Position numbers and translations under genes: made by a program. The notes beneath the pieces were generated by a model. That model ran no database searches. It worked only from the letters and a program-made list of their open reading frames with translations, and was not told where the DNA came from. Positions 1 through 7,188 of a DNA stretch of 33,683 bases are shown here, in pieces (within the stretch, counting starts at the first letter, position 1; the number at the start of each line of letters is the position of its first letter). The stretch comes from Candidatus Brocadiia bacterium (GTDB lineage Bacteria; Planctomycetota; Brocadiia; SM23-32): contig JBKHIT010000057.1 in the NCBI GenBank assembly GCA_046538485.1, forward strand, positions 1 to 33,683. Direction: 5' to 3'.

Positions 1-373
1 CGGACTGGACTTCAGCCGGAGGCTGGAGTTCAGAACGCGGTCCATAAACCAACGGTCCCGCGCCGGTGGAGGCAACGGATTAACAAACATTTCGGATTTG
101 AGTTCAGTAGCCGGGCCTGCGAGTGCGAAGTCCGATAACCACGGCACAGGGCGCGGCGGGGACGGGCCAACGTGGTTTACTGAATACTTACCTGACCACG
201 GATTTTTCCATGATGATTTGTACACACCCTGTACTGAGTGTTTTTTCAAACAAACGGCAGGAATTCACCCTGTCGGGAGCACTCTCCGGGAGCGTACGCT
301 TGAAATATCCGGATTAGAGCCGGCGCACAACCTGTATGATCAAAATCGCAGGCGCGAGCTCTGAGCCACGTGC

Positions 374-401
374 TTGACACCCCGAGCGGTGGCGTTACAA
401 T
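374..401 (+). promoter_or_regulatory. sigma70-type promoter of the mtnP operon
   Basis: TTGACA (374-379), 16-nt spacer, TACAAT (396-401), about 45 nt upstream of the mtnP start. Confidence 0.65.
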
Positions 402-444
402 ACGGTTTATTCTCTACTGGCTTTCCCCGATCATGGAAACAGGC

Positions 445-1305
445 ATGAGCGAGAAACGCATAGGAGTCATTGGCGGAAGCGGTTTATATGAAATGGAAGG
501 GATTGAGTCTCGCGAAGAGGTTCAAGTTGAGACCCCTTTCGGCGCTCCATCCGACAGCTACAGCATCTGCAAGATCGCCGGCCATGAGGTGGTTTTCCTA
601 CCGCGGCACGGTCAGGGGCATTGTCTCATGCCCAGCGAATTGCATTTCCGCGCCAACATTTACGGGATGAAGAAACTGGGCGTTGAACGGATTATTTCCA
701 TATCGGCTGTGGGAAGCATGAAAGAGCACATAGCTCCCCGGGATATTGTATTTCCCGACCAGTTTCTTGATCGCACGCGGCGGCGCGTCGACACGTTTTT
801 CGGGGATGGCGTTGTCGCCCACATCAGCTTCTCTGATCCCGTATGCACTGAGTTGAGCGGATTTCTCAGCGAGATCGCGGAGGATGTCGGCGCAACAGTT
901 CATCGCGGTGGGACTTATGTGTGTATTGAAGGGCCGGCTTTCTCAACCCGCGCTGAGTCAGAACTGTATCGATCATGGGGCGTTGATGTAATTGGGATGA
1001 CCAATTATCAGGAAGCCAAACTCGCACGGGAAGCCGAGATATGTTACGCTACTATGGCCTGCGTGACGGACTATGATTGCTGGTATGAAGGTGAGGAAGC
1101 AGTGACTGTGGAAATGCTTCTGGAGAATCTTCAAAAAAACAGCGCGATGTCCCAACAGATCATTAAGGATGCCGTGGAACAGTTCCCCACGGAAAGGACA
1201 TGTGAGTGCGGGAGTGCGCTTGAGAATGCGATTCTGACGGCGCCCGACGACATACCGGAGGAAACGCGACGTAAGCTGGACGTCATACTGCAAAAGTATA
1301 TATAA
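445..1305 (+). CDS. mtnP: S-methyl-5'-thioadenosine phosphorylase
   Basis: IGVIGGSG, FLPRHG, ANIYGMKKLG, SAVGSM, EGPAFSTRAES, IGMT, EAKLAREAEICY and TDYDCW motifs. Start placed at ATG 445 (alternative ATG 433) because the promoter lies inside the ORF-track extension. Confidence 0.95.
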   Translation: MSEKRIGVIGGSGLYEMEGIESREEVQVETPFGAPSDSYSICKIAGHEVVFLPRHGQGHCLMPSELHFRANIYGMKKLGVERIISISAVGSMKEHIAPRDIVFPDQFLDRTRRRVDTFFGDGVVAHISFSDPVCTELSGFLSEIAEDVGATVHRGGTYVCIEGPAFSTRAESELYRSWGVDVIGMTNYQEAKLAREAEICYATMACVTDYDCWYEGEEAVTVEMLLENLQKNSAMSQQIIKDAVEQFPTERTCECGSALENAILTAPDDIPEETRRKLDVILQKYI

Positions 1306-1355
1306 TGTTTCTGTAATAGGCTCAACAAAAAAGCTTTTATGAGGGAAGCGTAAAC

Positions 1356-1901
1356 ATGGCCAACGACGAACAGGTTGTTGTCAAATGTGACAATTGCGGG
1401 GCTAAGCTCAAAACGCAGAAGAAAAATATTGGGCGCAGAGCCCGTTGCCCGAAGTGTGGAAGTGTGATAAAGCTCGACAAAGGCAAAGGCGGCGTTCCAA
1501 CCGCGAGTGTCGAGACAGCTGTTGAGAGCAGCGATATTGAAGGGCAAGAGGATGCTCTTCTGCATATCACGCGACAAAATGATGTGATGATCGTGAACTT
1601 CAGCACGTCCCGAATACTCGATCACAGTAACGTCCAGCAGCTCGGGGATGAAATCGACGCGCTGGTGGAAAACCACAATATCCAGAAAATCGTTGTTAAT
1701 TTCGAGAAAATTCACTACATGAGCAGCGCCGTGATGGGGAAATTGGTCAGCCTGTATAAAACCCTGGATGCAGCCGGAGGGGAACTGCGGCTTTGCAATA
1801 TATCCGACAGCATTTATGAAATATTCGAAATTATGCGCTTCGATGAATTGTTCGATATTTGTGATACCGAAGACGATGCCGTTATAGAACTCATGGATTG
1901 A
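1356..1901 (+). CDS. Anti-sigma-factor antagonist (STAS domain) with N-terminal zinc ribbon
   Basis: N-terminal CDNC...CPKC; C-terminal SpoIIAA/RsbV-like STAS with IVVNFEKIHYMSSAVMGKL (equivalent of DSSGLG), GGELRLCNI, IYEIFEIMRF. Confidence 0.85.
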   Translation: MANDEQVVVKCDNCGAKLKTQKKNIGRRARCPKCGSVIKLDKGKGGVPTASVETAVESSDIEGQEDALLHITRQNDVMIVNFSTSRILDHSNVQQLGDEIDALVENHNIQKIVVNFEKIHYMSSAVMGKLVSLYKTLDAAGGELRLCNISDSIYEIFEIMRFDELFDICDTEDDAVIELMD

Positions 1902-1902
1902 G

Positions 1903-2835
1903 ATGGCGGCTTCCTCCTCCAACGACAAGCAGAACTTCACGACCTTTGCCTGGCAGGGTATCACTCTGACCGTTCCCGAAGAATGGAGTGTCATCGTAAC
2001 ACGAGGAGATTATGATTCGGGGTATGTAGCTCTCGCCGACGAATCGCAGATGCGGCTTCAGTTGAAGTGGGACGAGGCAGAAAAGAACGCGGACCCTTCC
2101 GGCGCTGCCACCCGTTACATCCGCGAATTACGCAAGAACGCCAAAAAAGAAAAAAACGAGATTACGGTCAATCGCCAGCTCAATCTTGCAAACATCCGCG
2201 GTAAAAAAATCGAGTGCTACGAATGGGTCAGCGCCAATCGTGGGATCGGGATGGTGAGCATCTGTCAGAAATGCCGGCGCGTCGTCCATGTCGCGGTGCT
2301 GGGTGATCGTGATGAATCGATGAGAAACCTTTCGCGAACCGTCTTCGCCTCATTGTCCGATCACCCGGAAAACGGCGAGATGTTGTGGAAATTCTACGAT
2401 GTTGAATTTTACAGTCCGGGAGGTTGGCGCCTTCACTACCCCGAGCTCAAAACCGGATGTATTCGAATGCCTTTCCGGAAAAAACGGGAAGAACTGGAAT
2501 TTATTCGGGTCAGTCTGGCTCAAATTCTGCTCTCTGAAAGTTCACTGTCCGAGTGGTTTCGCGATTTTTTTGAGTCCGAGTTGAAGCGAAAGAGTTGTAC
2601 GACGCGCGAAACTCAGGTGAAACGGCACGAGGCCATAGAAGCTGAAATTCGACCGTGGCTTTTATTTGATCCCCTGCGCCTCATCGGCAAAGGTAAACGA
2701 ACGCGCGTGAAATGCTGGCACTGCCCGGAAAGCAATCGAATCATGCTGGTGCACTATTCAGGCCGTGGTGGCCCGGAGGTCGATAAACTGCTTGATTTCA
2801 CTGTGGAAACCATGAAGTGCTGCGAGAATGCGTGA
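1903..2835 (+). CDS. Hypothetical protein with apparent internal two-fold repeat
   Basis: 310-aa ORF starting 1 nt after the STAS stop; halves start FAWQGITLTVPEEW and WKFYDVEFYSPGGW and end in CQKCRR and CPESNR. Confidence 0.8.
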   Translation: MAASSSNDKQNFTTFAWQGITLTVPEEWSVIVTRGDYDSGYVALADESQMRLQLKWDEAEKNADPSGAATRYIRELRKNAKKEKNEITVNRQLNLANIRGKKIECYEWVSANRGIGMVSICQKCRRVVHVAVLGDRDESMRNLSRTVFASLSDHPENGEMLWKFYDVEFYSPGGWRLHYPELKTGCIRMPFRKKREELEFIRVSLAQILLSESSLSEWFRDFFESELKRKSCTTRETQVKRHEAIEAEIRPWLLFDPLRLIGKGKRTRVKCWHCPESNRIMLVHYSGRGGPEVDKLLDFTVETMKCCENA

Positions 2836-2865
2836 GAAACGAACCGACGGAGAATCAAAAATATT

Positions 2866-3282
2866 ATGGGTCTTTTGAGCCATTTTTTCGGGAAAAAAGA
2901 TGATGAAATGCCCGAGCTGGATCGGGAACAATCCATGCAGGCCGTTCCCGTCCTAAATCAAATGATAAGCGTGGAATATAACGCGGATGAAAACGTCGTA
3001 TTGAACATTCCACGCAAGCGCACAAGTATGATGCGCATAATAGGTAATTTCTTCAACATACCCCCATATAAACAGATCGAACTTGACGAACTCGGCACTT
3101 ACGTTGTAGAACTATGTGACGGAGAACACACGGTTGAACAAATTGTGGAAGAGTTTGCCGGGCATTTTAAGCTCAACCATCGGGAAGCGGAAGTTTCAAT
3201 GGTTGCTTACATGAAGAAACTCGGCAAACGCGGGATCATAGGTTTTGCCGTGCCAAAAGAAGACGAGGACGAAAATAGTTAA
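2866..3282 (+). CDS. PqqD family / RiPP recognition element (RRE) protein
   Basis: IELDELGTYVVELCDGEHTVEQIVEEFAGHF...YMKKLGKRGII matches the PqqD winged-helix pattern. Confidence 0.8.
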   Translation: MGLLSHFFGKKDDEMPELDREQSMQAVPVLNQMISVEYNADENVVLNIPRKRTSMMRIIGNFFNIPPYKQIELDELGTYVVELCDGEHTVEQIVEEFAGHFKLNHREAEVSMVAYMKKLGKRGIIGFAVPKEDEDENS

Positions 3283-3320
3283 TAACTCGCACAGCCTTGC
3301 TCCGCACAGGAGATGAGCCG

Positions 3321-4709
3321 TTGGCCAAGAGAAAAAGCATTGTGGACAGCTCCCGGGACGCCGGGATCGGGCGTCAGATCGTCCTGCCGCTTCGCAAATC
3401 TATCGAAATTGCATGGAAGAGCATACGCATTCGTATCTGGCGCTCGCTCATCACCACAAGTGGAATTGTGCTGGCGATCGCTTTCCTGATGTCCGTTTGG
3501 GTTTCCAGCGGGATCACGGCGACTCTCCAAAAAGTACCGGAAGAATCGCCCGATTATATGGTGATCCAACAAGCTCTTCAGCAACGAGCGATTGCTGAAC
3601 AAAACATAACGGTCCGTGTGGGAATCCTCCAAAGCACAGGTGAGGAGTCAACAAAGCAGGCCTCATTGTCCGCCCTTCTGCGAGATTCCTTGCAAACTCG
3701 CCAGGCGTTCCGTCCCCTCCTTATCAACGATTTGAAATCGCTGCAACGTGCCCTTAATCCGCCTGAGGGCGAAGCAGCGATCGGCGCACTTGTCATCCTC
3801 TCTTTCCCCGCAGATCTGGCCTCGAAGAAATCGGTCGATTTGCTGGAGTCTTTCGTGCAGGAGGGAGGGACGATGCTGATCGTCGGCGGAGGTCAGCTAT
3901 GGCCAGATGAAAGCCCCGAAGAAGTAAAATCGAAATTTGCTTCTTTGCTACCGGCGAAAACAGATCAACAGACGTTCGAAATCAATCCGAAGGCCATCAA
4001 CTCGCACGACTCGATGGAAAACGTAGCGTGGGATCAGCATCCCATTGCCAGTTATATCAAAGCCACACCGAAAAAAAACGCCCAAAAAATGGCCAGTATG
4101 AAGCAAAATGGCCTTCTCTGGATGCAGCCCCGCGGCGATGGAAACGTTTTCTGGTCCGCTATTCAGGGAGAAGCATTAGCCGAACCGGAAATCATTACAT
4201 GGTATCAAAGAAGTGGTATTGTACCGAGTTCACTGCAATGGGGGCTGCGCGCCCAACTGCGTGGCGGGACCATGGCGAAACGGAACCTCTGGCTCGTCAG
4301 TCTCAGCCTTCTCGTCTGTATCGTCGGTATTACCAATGCCATGCTTATGAGCGTAACAGAACGTTTCCGAGAAATCGGAACGATGAAATGTCTTGGTGCG
4401 CTGGATAGTTTTGTCGTCAGACTGTTCTTAATCGAATCCTCATTTCAGGGAGCCGTTGGTTCTATAGCCGGAGCCATCATCGGACTCACGCTCGCGCTGG
4501 TAAGGGGGCTTTTCTCTTTCCACGTGCAGGACCCGGCAACCGGGAAATCTTACTGGTTGCTGATCAGACACTTCCCGGGCACGCAGATACTTTTCTGGGT
4601 GGGTATTTCGGTAGTCGTCGGTGTGATCCTCAGCGTTGTCGCTGCAATTTATCCGGCGTACCGCGCAGCGAAGATGGAGCCGGTCGAAGCAATGAGAACA
4701 GAAGCATAA
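3321..4709 (+). CDS. ABC transporter permease, FtsX/MacB family
   Basis: RSLITTSGIVLAIAFL TM1, large extracytoplasmic domain, then FtsX signature GITNAMLMSVTERFREIGTMKCLGA...FLIES...YPAYRAAKMEPVEAMR. TTG 3321 follows an AGGAGA RBS (ORF track starts at 3297). Confidence 0.9.
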   Translation: MAKRKSIVDSSRDAGIGRQIVLPLRKSIEIAWKSIRIRIWRSLITTSGIVLAIAFLMSVWVSSGITATLQKVPEESPDYMVIQQALQQRAIAEQNITVRVGILQSTGEESTKQASLSALLRDSLQTRQAFRPLLINDLKSLQRALNPPEGEAAIGALVILSFPADLASKKSVDLLESFVQEGGTMLIVGGGQLWPDESPEEVKSKFASLLPAKTDQQTFEINPKAINSHDSMENVAWDQHPIASYIKATPKKNAQKMASMKQNGLLWMQPRGDGNVFWSAIQGEALAEPEIITWYQRSGIVPSSLQWGLRAQLRGGTMAKRNLWLVSLSLLVCIVGITNAMLMSVTERFREIGTMKCLGALDSFVVRLFLIESSFQGAVGSIAGAIIGLTLALVRGLFSFHVQDPATGKSYWLLIRHFPGTQILFWVGISVVVGVILSVVAAIYPAYRAAKMEPVEAMRTEA

Positions 4710-4765
4710 ATTCTCTTTTTCATTACGTTCTGCATGAAGACAAACAAAATTAGCAGGAGATAACA

Positions 4766-5644
4766 GTGGCCCAGGCAACTCAACCCGAAACAGACGTCCA
4801 AACCGTCGTCCGCACCAAAGACGTCAAAAAAGTCTACCGGATGGGAAAAGTTAAGGTCCCCGCTCTCAAAGGTGTGACACTGGACATCCAAACCGGTGAG
4901 TACATCAGTATTATGGGTCCCAGCGGCAGCGGCAAAACCACTTTATTTAATATGATCGGGGGACTTGACAAACCAACCGATGGGTATGTGTACATTGACG
5001 AAGTGGATGTCGCACAACTGGACCCCTATGAACTTGCCTGGCTGAGGTGCCGAAAAATCGGTTACATCTTCCAGACCTTTAACCTTATCGGTGTGATGTC
5101 CGCTCTCGAAAACGTGACTCTTCCCATGACATTCGCCGGCATGACCACCGATGAAGCACGTGACAAAGGTATGGATCTGCTCGAAAAGGTCGGCCTGGCT
5201 GAAAGATATGGCCACAAACCTTTCGAGCTGTCCGGTGGACAGCAACAACGTGTGGCGATCGCTCGGGCCATGGCCAACTCGCCCAGCATCATTCTTGCCG
5301 ACGAGCCAACCGGCAACCTGGACCTCGCCACAGGTAAGGAAATCATCGCCCTGCTCAGTGACATGAACACCGAAGAAGGCGTCACGGTCATCACCGCCAC
5401 ACACGATATTAAAATGCTCAGTGCCTCCGATCGAATCGTCTGGATACGCGACGGCATGCTTGATAAAATCGAACGGAGAGAAGATCTTGATATTGAAGTC
5501 GGTAGCGTAGGAGGCGACGCTGAAGGTGGAATCGAAGCCAGTCTCCGTGCCGGCGAAGCCGGAGTCCCCGGAACCGCCTCTCCCGAATCACAAGGAAGAG
5601 CGCCAGGGGAACAAGAAGAACAGGAAGAAGAAGAAGAGGGATGA
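4766..5644 (+). CDS. ABC transporter ATP-binding protein, LolD/MacB type
   Basis: Walker [57 protein letters not shown] before GTG; acidic low-complexity C-terminal tail. Confidence 0.95.
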   Translation: MAQATQPETDVQTVVRTKDVKKVYRMGKVKVPALKGVTLDIQTGEYISIMGPSGSGKTTLFNMIGGLDKPTDGYVYIDEVDVAQLDPYELAWLRCRKIGYIFQTFNLIGVMSALENVTLPMTFAGMTTDEARDKGMDLLEKVGLAERYGHKPFELSGGQQQRVAIARAMANSPSIILADEPTGNLDLATGKEIIALLSDMNTEEGVTVITATHDIKMLSASDRIVWIRDGMLDKIERREDLDIEVGSVGGDAEGGIEASLRAGEAGVPGTASPESQGRAPGEQEEQEEEEEG

Positions 5645-5652
5645 AGCCATCC

Positions 5653-5678
5653 GGCGTGATCGTCTTCAAAATCACGCC
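5653..5678. terminator. Possible hairpin terminator after the ABC operon
   Basis: GGCGTGAT (5653-5660) and ATCACGCC (5671-5678) form an 8-bp inverted repeat; no good U-tract on the + strand. Confidence 0.3.
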
Positions 5679-5748
5679 ATAAAACCTGCCGAAACCCGTA
5701 TAAATCCCCAGTTTTGCCAACCGCAATAAATCACTGAGGTCGTATAAG

Positions 5749-6003
5749 ATGCCCGATCTCCATGTCTCCGGAGAAAAACCCCTGGTCGATGCTCATTGCC
5801 ACATCGGGCCCTCCCCCTCAGGGAATCTCAAAATCGGTCGGCTTATAAAACAAATGGGACAGAACTCGGTCTCACTCGCCCTCGTAAGCCCCGCCCGAGC
5901 CGATGATGCCATTGCCATCGCCAATGCAAACAATACCATCCGAAGCCGTCCCTTTCGTTTACAGCCAGAATATCTGCTCGGTTCTTTGCGACTGCGGAAT
6001 TAA
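5749..6003 (+). pseudogene. Truncated amidohydrolase-family gene (N-terminal fragment)
   Basis: LVDAHCHIG metal-binding HxH motif and the following helix/strand pattern, but only 84 aa; nadC ends 77 nt later, leaving no room for the rest of the barrel. Confidence 0.6.
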
Positions 6004-6079
6004 CATCCCCGCCTGAACCAATCCGCCTTTCGCCTCTTCCGCTTTCCCCCTTTTGCCTCGGACCTCCCTTATGGCTAAT

Positions 6080-6964
6080 TCACGGTGTTTGAGTGACAAT
6101 GTTGGCTGAAATATCAAGAGCCGGAGCACTGTGAGTAAGCTCTCCCACCGAAATGCGGTCCGCGCCAGCCTCGGCGTAAGATCCCGCAGTGGCAAGTGTA
6201 ATCGCCCCGCTTGCCTCCAGAAGCGGACGCTTATCCACTTTACAAATTTCGTTAACGATCTGACGCGCTTTCTCAAACTGCTCTGGAGACATATTATCGA
6301 GGAGGATATAATCCGGCTCAGCTTCAAGAACCTCCCGGAGCTCCTGCAGGTTTTCTACTTCCACTTCCACCGGCAGATCATCAATCATACTTTTCAAGTC
6401 CCGCACAATATCTCCGAGATTGTTCCTTATCCCGGAACTTGTCTCATCGCAACGCATACGGATGTGATTGTCTTTGATTAAAACCATGTCGTGAAGCCCC
6501 ATACGATGGTTCGTACCGCCCCCACATCGAACCGCATATTTGTGTAGATGCCGCCAGCCCGGTGTTGTCTTCCTTGTATCGAGGATTTTTGCTCCCGTTC
6601 CCTCGATAGCATCGACATAGCGACGTGTGAGAGTTGCCACGCCGCTGAGCCGCTGGAGAAAATTCAGCACAGTTCTCTCCAGTTGCAATATGGCACGTGC
6701 TTTGCCCGTCAGGCCGCAGACGGATGTACCAGCATTGACCAGGTCGCCGTCCTCCTGATATTTTTCCAGGACAAGCTCGGCATCGTAGATGTTACAGAGC
6801 CGGCGTGCCAGATCCAACCCGCAAATCACCCCGTCTTCTTTGCAAACGAACGAAGCGGTTGCCGTGGCAGATTTGGGGACAAGCGAATTAGTCGTAATAT
6901 CGTCCCGGCAATGGTCCTCTTCCACAGCAGCGCTAATAAGATCGTCAAATTGCGCCCAATCCAT
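6080..6964 (-). CDS. nadC: Nicotinate-nucleotide pyrophosphorylase (carboxylating), quinolinate phosphoribosyltransferase
   Basis: ERTVLNFLQRLSGVAT, DTRKTTPG, NHRMGL.DMVLIKDNH, EVEVE, LLDNM, EASG, ISVGELTHS; ATG 6964 follows an AGGAGAGG RBS. Confidence 0.95.
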   Translation of the reverse strand: MDWAQFDDLISAAVEEDHCRDDITTNSLVPKSATATASFVCKEDGVICGLDLARRLCNIYDAELVLEKYQEDGDLVNAGTSVCGLTGKARAILQLERTVLNFLQRLSGVATLTRRYVDAIEGTGAKILDTRKTTPGWRHLHKYAVRCGGGTNHRMGLHDMVLIKDNHIRMRCDETSSGIRNNLGDIVRDLKSMIDDLPVEVEVENLQELREVLEAEPDYILLDNMSPEQFEKARQIVNEICKVDKRPLLEASGAITLATAGSYAEAGADRISVGELTHSAPALDISANIVTQTP

Positions 6965-6994
6965 ATGGCCTCTCCTTTCACGGCAGCAGAGGTC

Positions 6995-7022
6995 ATTATA
7001 CACACTGGGTGCCCAGGTCCAA
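6995..7022 (-). promoter_or_regulatory. Putative sigma70 promoter of nadC
   Basis: Minus strand TTGGAC, 16-nt spacer, TATAAT. Confidence 0.45.
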
Positions 7023-7188
7023 ATGCCCTTTTCGAAAAGCTTTCGCCGTGACAAATTTTTCCGCGCAACGCGATGTTTGACCGTGACAAAGTTTAAGACT
7101 ACCCTATACGTTTTACCGATTTCTCATAAGCACGGGAAAGCTGAATTCAAAAAAAGAGTTAACTTCCTCGGGCACAAAATCAGGGAGA

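Noticed and set aside
2..40. CTGGACTTCA resembling the tRNA-Sec anticodon arm
   Set aside because: The expected AATCCAG continuation, T-arm and acceptor stem are absent
1..249. Minus-strand frame open from about 249 to the window edge (possible 5' end of a divergent gene)
   Set aside because: No recognisable motif, no clear RBS or start, and Pro-rich translation; cannot be supported without the adjacent sequence
98..364. Short + strand ORFs upstream of mtnP
   Set aside because: No motifs or RBS; they lie upstream of the predicted promoter
370..444. N-terminal extension of mtnP in the ORF track
   Set aside because: Overlaps the TTGACA/TACAAT promoter; family similarity starts at MSEKRIGVIGG
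1131..1994. 287-aa minus-strand ORF
   Set aside because: Antisense shadow of mtnP, the STAS gene and the next gene; no motifs
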